A stretch of DNA of 63,835 nt, filler included, from Sphacelaria rigidula (taxonomy: Eukaryota): NCBI GenBank assembly GCA_964200075.2. It is 7 parts of 7 records of this genome, joined end to end, with 100 filler letters (N's around TTAATTAATTAA, not from the genome) between each part and the next. Parts side by side here need not be neighbours in the genome. Positions count along the whole stretch, not along the records: positions 9,138 to 18,172 come from CAXNAA020009457.1; positions 18,273 to 27,305 come from CAXNAA020009459.1; 5 more parts are not named here. The stretch is one strand, 5' to 3'. Shown here piece by piece: positions 13,866 to 26,095 of the stretch. Position 1 is the first letter of the stretch. The number at the start of each line of letters is the position of its first letter. The notes beneath the pieces are model-generated. The model made no database searches, was not told the origin of the DNA, and saw only the letters and a program-made list of their open reading frames with translations. The translations under genes and the position numbers were made by a program.

Positions 13866-15394
13866 TTAATAGGTTTCGGTTCAAATAGGAGCCCCCAACG
13901 TTGACCAAGGGTACGAGTACCGTTTTATGTGGATCCTTGATGTTAGATACCTCGAAAAATCGTGGGATACGGCGGTGTGCTGCCATTGTTTGTGAGTATT
14001 GTACGTGGAGTAAGAATCCAGTCTGTGAGCTGGCAAACCAACACGTCAGTGTTGAGGATGCTTTATAGTCTACGCACGTGTAGAGGTCTTTGCTTTTTGT
14101 TCCAGGATTGGGATTCTTGGAATCGGTGGCTTTCACCGCCCTTGCAATCACTCTCCTTCTTCACCTTTAGTTATCTGCTTTGAGAATAGACTGTGCGTTC
14201 TGTTTTGTCTTGGCCGGATGAAGAGCCCAATCAACCATCTGGCGTATTATTGATTCTTACGTTGAGCTGCAGAAGCAGTCGTCTAACGACCACGGTGCAA
14301 CCTCTGCATACTAGTGTTCGCTGAACGGTAATCAGCCTGTCGCGAGGACAGTGCTACAGAACACGAGTTATTCCAACGAGCGATGCATTCGTATGATATC
14401 AAATACCGCGCGGACCAGGCGCTAAGGATTTGCGATATATCCTAGTATCATTGTATAGAGGCATATGATTACCGGCATTTTTTTTTAATATATATATATA
14501 TGCATAAAGGTGTACGATGAACTCGTGTATGCATGTGTTTCCGGAGCGAGTGCGTGTGCGGTTGTACGGATTCCTCCTCATGTTCTACACTATCATGCTC
14601 TCTTTTTTCTCCGTCAGCTTGCTGGTTGAGCACTCACGGAAGTGCGGTTTTGAGTATTTTTACACGAGCCTCGTTAGTGCGACTGATACCAAGGATAGAG
14701 GACGCGCGGGCGACGGATGGACGGGAGGCTATCAAAATCAAAAGCATTCACCAAGAGGATGCAGAGCGTATCTGTGTTCGAACCTGGCGTAGTGTTTTGA
14801 ATAGCTGGCCCGTCTGGCTACATGCTCCTTCCGTTGTGCGTAGATTCCTGGCCACGCCTCTTTATCGGGCAACGAGTTGACGACGCTTGTATTTTGATGA
14901 AAGCGCAATGCCGGGCGCTTTCCGTCGTAACGCACGCACGGCTGTCTTTCACAAGGATCATGAACATACGTTGATCAAACGGTTTGAGGCAAAGGCATCA
15001 TGGGGAGGGGCGGGTGTAACAATACGTCGCATTCCTGACTCGGCCACAAGACTATTGACCACGAGTCTTCGAGAGAGCGATCATTGTCGAAAGAAGATGA
15101 AGGAAGGGAGGGAGTTGTTTCTGTTTTCGTCACTTGTGTTTACCCCTCCCCTTTCTCAGGACGACTCCGCGGTCTCAAGGGATCAAGCCATTTCTCCTCC
15201 CGGTAAACGCTTTGTATTTTTGTTTTGCGGATTGAAGCAGCCCTCCCGCACCGAGTCAACTCTTGTCAACGTACTCCGTGATTTTCTTTGTGCTGCTCAA
15301 GTCCTTGCGCTTTAAGCGGCGGAGATCAGACACTTTGAAGAAGAACTCAAACGGATCTCACGGGAATCGAATCCACGTCCTTTCTTCCTGAAGC

Positions 15395-15810
15395 AAGAGT
15401 TTTCGTGAGATTAAGAACGTATTCTTTTTTCGGAACGGGAGGATTGTCGTGATTAACACCTAAACGGTCGAATCGTCCGAAAAGGCCGTCACCCTCCAGA
15501 AAGCCCGTGATCTGACGGGAATTTTGACGCAAAAATGTTTAAAATTGGCGTGGTCAATGAAGATTCATGAGAGAAAATGTGTAAAAAATAAAGTAAAAAA
15601 GGTATTGCGCATTTTCGTCCGTATCTCATGCAAGGCGTTACCGATTTCAAATTCGATCGCGCCAAATTTACCGTCAAATCACGGGTTTTCAGGGTGGTGA
15701 CGGCCGTTTTGAACGATTCGACTGTCTTAGTGTGAATGACGAAAAAAAAACGTTCCGCAAAAAAACCTGTCCCTTATCTCACCTCAGTTCACGAAGATGT
15801 TGTTCTTAAG
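15395..15810. mobile_element. MITE-like element with ~140-bp inverted arms
   Basis: GTCGAATCGTCCGAAAAGGCCGTCACCCTCCAGAAAGCCCGTGATCTGACGG (~15467-15519) pairs with CCGTCAAATCACGGGTTTTCAGGGTGGTGACGGCCGTTTTGAACGATTCGAC (~15671-15722). Confidence 0.7.
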
Positions 15811-17429
15811 GGTGTCAGTTGTACCATGAGACCACCGGGTGCGGCAAATGTTTTTGTTTTTTTTGGGGGGGCGTACTCATTTGTTGCTTGCCTTAGTCGT
15901 TTGACCATTGACCACGCATCCCTTTCGAGACGGAGCACCGTTCCTACTCCAAATATGTTTTGGTTGTTTTGGGAGAGATATGAGGAAGGACGGAGAAATT
16001 CACTGCGAAAAAACTCGGCACCCCTACGGAGGAAGTGGGCGACCTCGCTCACCGGCCTTCGACATATATGAGTCACCCGCCACCAACGCTGGCCCGGAGG
16101 GCGACATCAGAAGTTCAGATGGCCAAAGATGCGGGGCTGTTGGTGCGCGAGGCGGCACGCCCCCAAGGCTTGCCTTACAAGGGGATCGGTGCAACGTTTG
16201 CGCGACAGAAGTGGTGCCTACAGCTTGAGGCAAGGGGCTACCATGGAGGGATTCTACGGTCGGGATGCATTGTTTAGTCCAAACGTTTTCTGAGGCTGAT
16301 CACTGAGGCCCAGATGTTTGTCATCGAGAGGCTCCGACAGTGCAGAGCCCCAGAAAAAAGTCGTGCACTCCTGCCGTAGAACCACTCCATGAACGTTATT
16401 CACACAAGCTGTACACTCAAAACTCTTGATCGCCTGCTAGCACGAGGTCCGTTCTGTTGCTCCGGCCCGAATTGCGGAGCGAGGAATGACGGCCGTGCGG
16501 TGTTGCAGCACATGTTACAGAAGGACCTTGGCGAATGTAAAAGAGTGCACCATGTTTTGGGGACGCCACAGCAACGTCGCCGAGATCAGAATGGGCCGTA
16601 TGTTCTCGTGGGACCAAATCAACCTTGTCGTGGCAGATCTCCTCGACTACCCCTCAATCGCTTGCCTGAAACGAGTGTTCGCGACAGTCGCCGAGGTTCA
16701 GCGCGGCCTCCAGCGCTCGCTGGCACAATATTTCTTGGATCGCGTGGACTGCTTAGTTCATGAGGCCGGCAGCCATCGGGGGCCGCCATACCAATCGAAC
16801 TGCCACTCGCCGTTAAGCTTAACGAAAGGATCAGTTCTTTGCAGAAAAATAGAAAACCTCCGCGTCATGCTCCTGCGGTTTATGGTCTACACAGAGCAGG
16901 CGGCGATCCACGCGCGGCTGACAGCAGGTAGCGGGTCGCCGGACGATCGCTACGGGAAGTTGGTGGTCCTCTCCCGCCAATCAAAAAGGCGATCTCGAAC
17001 ATGGCTCGGACACTACCAGCGGAGATCTGGCGCCAGCAACGAGGACACACTCGCAAAAGTTCTCGAGTATTTTTGGGAGGAACCTGAAGCAAAAGTGGCG
17101 ACAGCAAGCAGTGGTAGTGGCGGTGAAGGCAAGCGGAGAGATATTCATCACAGATGGGTGTGTGTGGGGTTACTCATGGTCTTGCATGTCGAGTCATCAT
17201 AAGATCATTGCTCTCGCATCCCTATCAAGCTGGGACGGAGCATGCCGGGTTTTTGCTGGATCAGGCTCGCAATTACCGAGCGCCCAGCACCGTGATGTGT
17301 TCGGCGAGTCGCACCGAGGGCAAGATACATTCTGCTAAAACTTTTCGGCCCGAACCGTATTGATTATCTTGCATATGGATGTCAGCCTCCGATGAGTTAC
17401 TTAATTTTCTGGTATCGCCACTTCCAGAG

Positions 17430-18110
17430 ACTGCTCTGTTCAGAAACACGAGAGGGCTCTCGCCCGGGGACATCTGTAGGCATGTCCACTGTTGCTTCAG
17501 ATGGGGCTTCTCTGTAGTGGGGGAAACGGTGTAGTACTGGACGAAGTAGTCCCAAGACTCACTAGGTGAACCAAGCATCGCAGAATTCTCGATCATTCCG
17601 GGGGCTATGTTTTTTTCGAATAATATTTCGTGGGCCCTCTGAGCTTTCTTTACTGCCCTGTACCCGTGCTGCGCTATCAACTCCTCCTCTGACCCATGAA
17701 AAACGCGAATGAGGTCCTGAACAAACAGAGCATCGTAACATTTCTCCGCACGAAAATATCCGATCATCTGCACTTGAAACACACGAAACTTCGACTCCAA
17801 ACTTTCCCCTGCTCTTACAGAACCGTCCCATGGGTGAAAACTCGTATTGTTTTCCTACTCTGACAAGTCGGGTTGGGCACGTTGTCCTCCCGTGTAGTTA
17901 TCGTTTCGGAAGTCCAAGAAAAGACGTGGGTTGTTTTGCTGGTCGAGGTTTGCTGTACTCATCGTGGGATTACCTTGTGCGCCTGCGCCCAAATGAATAC
18001 TCCTATCTCTTTCGTAATCTACAATAACAGCATGGGGTTTTGCGGCCTCAAGCTCTGCCTGTTTTCCTTCCATCTCTGCTTGTTTTTCTTCCGTGATTCA
18101 ACAACAAATT
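17430..18110 (-). pseudogene. Ty1/copia gag remnant (second, diverged copia lineage)
   Basis: GSPSESWDYFVQYYTVSPTTEKPHLKQQWTCLQMSPGESPLVFLNRA aligns with the gag of the element at 34,2-34,5 kb (GNPSEGWMYVVDYYTVSSTTEKAQLDH*WQTLDMNLGEDSCMFLDRA). In-frame stop at 17855. Confidence 0.75.
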
Positions 18111-18835
18111 GTGCGAATTGAGGTTTAACTTCGAGATGAGGCTCAAGCCCAAAACAGTGCTTTCCCCACACTNNNNNNNNNNNNNNNNNNNNNNNNNNNN
18201 NNNNNNNNNNNNNNNNTTAATTAATTAANNNNNNNNNNNNNNNNNNNNNNNNNNNNNNNNNNNNNNNNNNNNTGTATGTTTTTTACTGCTGCTATACAGT
18301 ACACCACGACAGTGTATACAGTACCGTACAGCTCTCTTCATGTGCGGGTTGGTCACGAGACGAGAATATTGTCAGGGGTGGGGGTATGTGCCAGACAAAA
18401 CTCGTGAGACGAACGTCAGCCGTCAAATCGCTTGCCCTGCGATGTACAAAATTCAAACCGAAGTAATGTGACTACACACCGCAACTTGATGGCTACTGTA
18501 TTTAGCACCGACACGTTGTCGACGAGACCCCCCTTTCGCCTGTGACCCTGTGTAGTATCGGAATCGGCATCAATTCAACTTGAACGAAGTATGCATTATC
18601 GAGATGGGCTACCCTCGGGGTCCACGGGTTCAGGTCAACGTGATATGATTTGATTTGATTTGATTGTCGTGCTCTAACTGACCCCCAAGGGATTCAGCAG
18701 CCGTGACCAAATTATAGACGTACCCAAGTTATATTCGGGACGAGTCCGTGGTCTCAAGGGATCCACCCATCCCTCCTCCGGTAGACGCTTTGCATCGAGG
18801 GTGTCGCGGATTGGGTTACCACGCCCGCATCGCGT

Positions 18836-19046
18836 AAACCCTTGCACCGCGAGGGTAGGTCACCTGCTGAATCAGCATCAATTTTCACTTGAAAAAAGTA
18901 TGCGTGATTCAAATGGACTACCCGCACCGCGGTGTAACCCTTAGACCGCGAGGTTAGTCTTCTGTTGAATCGGCATCAATTTCAAGTGGGAAAAAGTATG
19001 CATGATCCAGGAAGACTAACGTCGCGGTCGTAGGGTCAAGGGTTAA
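18836..19046. mobile_element. Tandem short piggyBac-like MITE copies
   Basis: Two ~100-bp units, AACCCTT..ACCGCGAGG.TAG...GAATC(A/G)GCATCAATTT...GACTA.C..., ending in AAGGGTTAA. A third degenerate copy lies at ~18545-18640. The core matches the MITE at 25978-26095. Confidence 0.55.
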
Positions 19047-21390
19047 CCCCTCAAATAACCCACACCCTGGATCAAAAAGAGTACTGCGTGTGTAATATAG
19101 ACGATCGCACCTATTGCAACAAGCAATAGATTATATGCTGTAAGCAGTACATGTTTTCACCCCGGCCGTTTGGGATTGCCGTGCACGTGTTCCGTTCGTA
19201 TTTTCGTTGGGGGCACGTGTGCTGTAGCGCTGCACGCTTTTTTTACTGTTCTATTCCTAATCGTATATGCGTGATGTTCGTAGGATGGCCTGCGGTGTCC
19301 AGTAAGATACACCTAGTCAGGGTAAGGTACAACAGTATAGTGATATACCTGTTGAGTTCCGGGTACTATGCAGGATGACTTTATATTGTGATGTTGGTGA
19401 CTGGACGTACGTGAGTGGTGCTCGTCGCATCCTGAGACTTTGGTGCCTACTGCAGTCACTCCCCCTTCCTTCCCTCTTCATCAACAAAGCTTTATATACA
19501 TTTCTACCTCATCTTGATCGGCGGTCAGCCGTGTCCATTGATCCGACTATCGCAGTCGTGTCCATTGATCGACTATCTGAGTCGAGTCTGTACCCCATCC
19601 TCTCACGGGGTCACGAAGCTACAAACACAGAGATGGGCTGATCCCTTGAGACCGCGGACTCGTCCCGAGGAAGGAGGGGGTTCGAAGTGTGACAAGAAAA
19701 CACAAATAAACACCATATATATCGTACTGGCCATGGCTGCCAGCGTGCACAGCTTACGATTTGTAGAGTGCAATGGTCTTGACACCATGAATCATTTAAT
19801 GTCACATAATAAATGGCCCAGCCAAGCAAGGGTGCCCCTTGGACTGGAATTTCGGATGGCTAGGCATCCTTCCCCCCGGGGAGACAGCGATGATGTGGAC
19901 CCCGATATTATTTCAGTACTCTCATATCTGCTCACCCTCCACGCACATTATCTTGTTGTGCATGGAAGATATTTCAACTAATTTGGAGAGCATTCAAACA
20001 GCAACGACATGATGAGTCGTCGTGATCAAGAATTTTCGGCCGCCAGCTTCATCTCGGACCAGTTTCGACGGCGGACAATCCAGGCGTATCCGGGTATCCA
20101 GGCGCATCAAAAGAGCCAAGGTGGTTTAGGGGAAGGTGGCGCGGGTTCCCAAATCAACCGAGAAGCTTCCGAAGTCAATCATGCGTATTCCTGAAAAATT
20201 CCCGGGATATGCGAAACGCTCGAAAGTGTGGGCGGAACCCAAAAAAGAGCAGAATTAATTGCCGATGTTCTGAGACCCGAGCCGGCATGTCTTGCACCCC
20301 CTGGACAACCGGTTACATCCTACCGTAAAAAATGTACTGCGTACAGTATGGAATCTCTTGTCGATTGCAATTTACGCAATAATAGTCGACACTGCACGCA
20401 ATACACTTTTTGATCATCTAATATTTTGTGCAGGGTTTGCGCCCTGTTCACAAGATGGTCTCTCGTCCAATGGTTAGTTGATCATTACACCGCGCCAACC
20501 CAATCCGAACCCAGCAAACGATGAGACTCGTGACGAGTATGTTCCTCTACTAGTAGTATATCGACATTGCCTACCGACGGCAAAGGCTCATCTTGTTTGT
20601 TTTCTAGGAACAACGGTTGGGCACACAAAAGGAGGTGAATGTTTGACCTCCTGGAGGGCTATACGAGCTGGGCCAGCAGTAGTAACTCCCGCATTTGCAT
20701 GTCACACCAGAATAACTTGTCATCAAGTTTACCAAATCAGCCCAACGAGTATATCGGTGTGACCTGCAGACCAACGTGGTCACGCACAGCACCGCCGCTA
20801 AATGAAGAAAAAAAATGTAAAAAATGTAGTACTGCATAATGTGTTATCTAACCGACGGAACAAAAAGAGGACTCCGTCGGCATTCGAACTCGTGACCTCC
20901 ATAACTGGAGTCAACTGCATCACTTGGATTAAATGAGCGCAGCCGTGCCACACAAAAAGTTGAATGCGGCGCCAAATTTCTGGACTTTTTGGCCGACATT
21001 GCACCAGGATCTCCACGCAAGGACGCACAAGTACACTAGGGATGCCCCCGTATTTCTTTATTTTCACGGAGTTATACAATGGCATTTTTCTAGTTGCAGA
21101 AACTTCAAGTCGCCCTGCCTGTCTTGCTTTTTATTTTTGGCATCCCCGGGAAGATTGTGCGTAGGGATGGTAAAAATGTTGTGTCAAAAATTCAGCGCGC
21201 AACGCTTCAGATTATCCACGGCCCGGCCCGGAAACATTCGCAAATAACTATCAGCTGGCCCAGCTCGTACAGTATTCAGATATGTTTACGCAATTATCAT
21301 CATGTCACCTGCTGTCAAAACCGTCACTCTCCCACCTACAGACCTGTTGTCCGACGTAATGCCGCTTCTTACGGCAAACGATAAAAAAAT

Positions 21391-21875
21391 CAGTAAAATT
21401 GCCTTTTCGGTCCTTCCGCGTCGTGTTACGCCGTACGTAGGAGAGGGCTAGGCGGATTTTGACACGTTGGAATGACGGCTCTACTCGTCGAGACGGTTTC
21501 AGGATAATGTTTTACCTTCGCGTTTTCCTGCAGCCGCAGTTTTTTCCGACGAAAATTGCATTAATTTTTTTGTCCAAGGATGGTTAAGTCCAAAGGAAAC
21601 CAGCAGTTTCATCTAGATTTGACCATCCTTGACCATTCTTTGACAAAAATGTCAGTTTCGGTTTCATCGAGATTTTGGCCGTTCTTGAGCGTTGTTGGAC
21701 AAGAATGCAAAATCAGCCAAAATAGATGAACTGCAGGCACCAGAAAGCGCAAAGAAAGGTGTCCTGGAACAATCTCAACGAATAGAGCAGGCTATTCCAA
21801 GATGTCAAAATCCGTCTAGTCCTCTGCTTTCAGGGCATGAAACGACGCAGAAGGGCCAAAAAGGTAGTTTTACAG
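21391..21875. mobile_element. MITE with ~120-bp imperfect terminal inverted repeats
   Basis: GTAAAATTGCCTTTTCGGTCCTTCCGCGTCGT...CTAGGCGGATTTTGACA pairs with TGTCAAAATCCGTCTAG...ACGACGCAGAAGGGCCAAAAAGGTAGTTTTAC. Confidence 0.7.
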
Positions 21876-21920
21876 GTTTGTTTCGTTTCCCATAGTAAGC
21901 GGCCTGGACATACGCCGGTC

Positions 21921-22168
21921 GTCCCGGTGGCTCAGTTGGTAACCTCGAAACCTTCTGACGGTTGAGACGCGGGTTTAAATCTCGGAGCGGATCTGGGTTT
22001 TTGTATCACACCATGCCCAACAGTGGAGGGCGAATGTGTCGTGGGTACACAAGATTCGACTTGACGGTCGACGAGGGAAAGGGACTGCTGAACTCCTCTC
22101 GCAATAAAAAATAAAGGCAAGCACCGCAGAAGGAAGGTGCAGTATCAAAAACGAACAAACAAACAGAC
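21921..22168 (+). mobile_element. tRNA-derived SINE
   Basis: Pol III A box (TGGCTCAGTTGG) and B-box-like GGTTTAAATCTC at tRNA spacing, then a ~170-bp unrelated body and an (AAAC)n-like tail. Confidence 0.7.
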
Positions 22169-23993
22169 ACTCCCGTGTTGACCGTCATCCTGTGTGAATC
22201 CGCCTGGTGCGCCCACTTATACCGAAAGGTGCAGACCGGCATCCCGAATAGATGGGACGACAGCACACACAACATTCCATGGAAGCACGATTTTTTCATG
22301 GAACCTCTGCCCGACGGCCTGTTGCCACGAGGCCCCCATCACCAAGAACCCCCCACCCTGGACGCCTCCTGGATGCTCCTGGAATGCCTTGTTCCATACC
22401 CTGGATAATCCAAAGTCAACAGTTGCAATAGACAGAAAAAGTACTGCGTAGAGTATATCGGTCGACAACCGCTGCTCGCCTGTTGAAATTATTGACAAAA
22501 TATTGTCCGGGATGTGTTTTGTTCCGAAATTAGGCTGGTGGTCAACTCCTTGACCTCCCAGGATTTTCACATGTTGATAACCGGCATCGTATTAGCTTGA
22601 AAGTATAAGAGTCAAGCTGAGGTGTCTCTGAAAGGGAACTCAATGGGTCAATCGAAGTGTTCACGGTGACCTGTACGAGTACTCATTTGCCCATTCCCTA
22701 TTTTTCTCACCGTGAATTACACGCTATTGTTCATAAGTTGTTGGCTAGCCACAGCGCCCGAGAGGTTCCGCTTGATGGGATCATCGATACCGACCACACA
22801 GCAGGGGGGGCGAATTAGAGTTATCCGGATTTTGGAGGTGTTGGTGGAACATGTGTTTTTTTAATTTGTTCGTGTTTCGTCGTATACTTGTAACACGCTG
22901 CTAACAAGCTAATAAGCTCGGTTGCCTACGACCTCAACGTACTGATCCTAGCTGACACTAGAATACAAATCAAACGCAGTGCAAATGGTGAACCTATACA
23001 TGCGTACATACCAAGAGCACTTGACAAGGATATCACTATACAGCAGCAGTCACAATGAAAGACTGCACAATTCAGCTCTCCGACCTGCGTTGATACGGTT
23101 GCAAAAGTATTTCAGGTCGCGGGCCAGCGAATCTTGTCCCACTCGACATCTTTTGACTCGACCCAAACATACACATTCCATGGCGCCAAAGTATGTCCTC
23201 CTTTGGACAAGTAACAGTAATACGGCACAAATGTAGCGTAAATAGCCGCTGCTACCACAACTGCGGCCTCTATTCCTACACACTATGCCTGCCTGATAAC
23301 ATCCACTGGCTCGGCACCTATATATTACAGCATTCACTACTGCTGTACATCACCCAAAAAGAAATTGGTGCCACAACTTGAATGCGACGAAAACAAAGCA
23401 GAAACCAGATTTGAAAAAAAAACTCTATGATAAATGAAAATTCGATCGAATCACAGCGTTCCCTACCGAACAGCTGACGATTCCAAGGGGAATCCTCGAC
23501 AAAATGTACCAGCACGCACATATCTAACTACTGACTGCGGAGGGACAGATCCCCTCAACAAAAACACCCCGCGGGGGTGGGGGTAAAAACAAAAGACTGG
23601 TCACGGGAGCCTTCAAAATTGGAACCAACCAAAATTAGCGCTCTCGTGCATTCAGCTGAACGGCGGGAAAATAATTACATGTCAAAGCAACAGGAGACGA
23701 CAGAACCAATCTTAAGGACACAAGCAACGTAGTGTGCCGACCAGATATGAACACTTCATACTGTGCCACAGGATTTGAAAAAAAAAAAAAAACTTCGCAG
23801 TTCGCAAAGAACGATCGAAAAACAACGACAACGGCCATCCCAACATCCACTGGCATCACGCGTACTTCCCGGCCATGAAAATAAACACGTCATATTTGGC
23901 ATAGGTCACGCGGAGCTCGCATTCGTAGCGAACCTCTCGTGTGATCCCTTCTCGCTAGATCGGTCTTGCTTCCAACTTTCTCGCCGTCAAGGA

Positions 23994-24404
23994 TCAATGT
24001 TGGGCCACAGCCGTCATTAGAGGCAGTCTCCCCGTCAGTCCCCCACTCGCAACGGCTCGTCTAATTCCCCCGCTACCGAATCCCCCACTTCGGAATCCCC
24101 CGCCGCTGTTGACACCTCCCTCTTCCCGGAAACCTAGATCGTCGTATTTCGGGGGCGGCCGCGAGGCGTACTTGTTGGGGTCGAGCCCGTACTTCTCCGC
24201 TATCTGAGATCGCGCGGTTTCGTTTTGTCGGCGCCGTTCCATGCTCCGTCGCCTCGCCGCGTTGAGCTCGGCTTCTTCCCTGCGTGCCCATCGTTGTTGT
24301 TCGATCTCGACGGCTAGCGACGGAGACCGGCGGTGGCGAACGGCGGCGTCGAGGGCGGATACCCAAAGATCGCGCTCGATCGCAGTGCATGCTTCCAGCT
24401 TCAA
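23994..24404 (-). CDS. Terminal exon of a probable PH-domain/coiled-coil protein
   Basis: AG acceptor at 24405-24406, then 137 GC-rich codons to the stop. LKLEACTAIERDLWVSAL resembles the C-terminal PH helix (..E...W...L) and is followed by an Arg/Glu-rich helix, RSQIAEKYGL and a Gly-rich tail. Upstream exons not resolved. Confidence 0.6.
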   Translation of the reverse strand: MKLEACTAIERDLWVSALDAAVRHRRSPSLAVEIEQQRWARREEAELNAARRRSMERRRQNETARSQIAEKYGLDPNKYASRPPPKYDDLGFREEGGVNSGGGFRSGGFGSGGIRRAVASGGLTGRLPLMTAVAQH

Positions 24405-24789
24405 CTGAGTGGGGCGGTTAAGGAGTGGGGTGGCACATCGACGTGTTCCGTTCGGGGGGGACGTTTTTTTATAATTCATCAGAGAGGTGTTTGTGCGTTG
24501 GCGAACGGCACTACATGAGCAGGGGCAGGAGGAGTGTAGTATTTCTCAACCGCTGGTGCTGCGTAAGTAGATCCACAGTTTTGAGACGTGCCCAGCTGCT
24601 CTGGAAGAAATGTCCACCCAGATACACACAGACACACAGACACACAGACACACACATGCGGCGAACTAGCTCTACTTAAAACAACAGAAATCAACAAAAA
24701 TGTGACGGAATTGGTCACGCATTGCTTCAAGCTTCGGCTAGGATGGGGCGCGGGAGTGTATTTACGTGTGCGGCGGGGAGGGGCGCGTA

Positions 24790-25560
24790 CTCAGTTGTTG
24801 CTTGCCTTAGTCGTGTGACCATTGATCACGCAGCGGGGAGGGGGGGGGGGGGGGGGGTATTCATTTTTTGCTGCCCTTAGATATTTTTTCATTGACCAAC
24901 ACACCCTTCGGGGGGGGGGCACAGNNNNNNNNNNATTATCATTTTTGCTAGAGAGGTTTGGTCTGGTTTTGGGAGGGGTGTACTCATGAGCGTGCTCATT
25001 CGTTGCTTGCCTTAGATATTTCATCATTGACCACGCATCCCTTTCGAGACGGAGCACAGTTCCTACTCCCAATAGAAACACCTTCAACATTCCGGCGTCC
25101 ATTACGTTTCTTCCATACATTACACAAACACCTTTTACATATCTCATCCCCTACCCGTTTCGCTGCCTGTGGCCAACATACATCTCCAACCATAGCGATC
25201 GTTTTCTCGCTACTATTAATATCTCATGTATCCAACAATTCCATGCCACCTCCGTTTACTTCTTACATTCTCTCATTCATCACGTCCCGCTCCTCCTTGT
25301 ATAGTTCACATTCTACCACTTTATGAGTTATACTCAATTGCTTCACCACGGGGGAAAATCTGCGCATCTACTCCTGCTCCACTCGACTGCTAATATACAT
25401 TTTCCTTTTCTGGTCCAGATCCCACCCGAAATCACAGTTTCAACTTCCTTTCGTAATCCTTTGGGCCATGCGTAAACGTTTTCATCCCAATCCCCCTACA
25501 TCTCTAGGTACTCTTCCTCGTCCACTTTCCGCCTTGCCTTTGTTACCCCCTTTGGGTAAT
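24790..25560 (-). mobile_element. LINE-3'-derived repeat family, one long copy plus two short 3'-end copies
   Basis: Reverse complement of the 59045-59650 element (AGGAAC.GTGCTCCGTCTCGAAAGGGATGCGTGGTCAATG...AAGGCAAGCAAC). Other fragments at ~15865-15960 and ~62630-62662. Confidence 0.75.
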
Positions 25561-25977
25561 TTTCATCCGAAATCGGAAAATTTGTGATTTTTTCGTAGTC
25601 GGCGATTTTCAATGGTTATCCCGCGTGCCACCGCTCATCCCAGCGGGCGATTGATCATTTTAGTTTGGGGGTTGGGAGGTACTAGGAATCCACTCCATCT
25701 TCGGAAACAAGAATCGTCTCTGCGCTCAATATTACGACGACTTCCGAGCTGAATTGACACGAGGTGTTACTGGCCGCTTTTGGTTCAAAACACATATCTT
25801 CTCGGCTGTAGCGAAAAGAGCAGGTAAATATTAAAAAACAAGGCTCCGTAAAATCACTCATGAGAGTGATCGGGATTGGTTCACTCCCGTCTGTGCTATG
25901 CAGAGCTCGTTTGGGCAATTTCCGTTTCTGGGTACTTTTCTGAATTTTCTCCCGTAGTATCCGTCCTTGGCGCTCAA

Positions 25978-26095
25978 CCCTTTTGGAACCCATTGACGAA
26001 TTTTGTTTTGGTGAATCGGCATCATTTTGACTTGAAAATGGCTGAATAGGATGCCGATGCACTAAAACGAAAATCGTCAATGGGTTCCAAAAGGG
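25978..26095. mobile_element. piggyBac-type MITE (118 bp)
   Basis: TIRs CCCTTTTGGAACCCATTGACGA / TCGTCAATGGGTTCCAAAAGGG, flanked by TCAA and TTAA. CCC...GGG ends with a TTAA target-site duplication are piggyBac hallmarks. Confidence 0.75.

Noticed and set aside
16389..17202. 238-aa ORF and overlapping ORFs, faintly reminiscent of a Ty3/gypsy integrase C-terminus
   Set aside because: No diagnostic motif I can pin down; a profile search would be needed. Probably a decayed TE remnant.
21921..21995. Intact tRNA gene
   Set aside because: A and B boxes are present, but the cloverleaf and acceptor stem are imperfect and the sequence runs into a SINE-like body. The same applies to the B-box hits at ~20880, ~43655 and ~60990.
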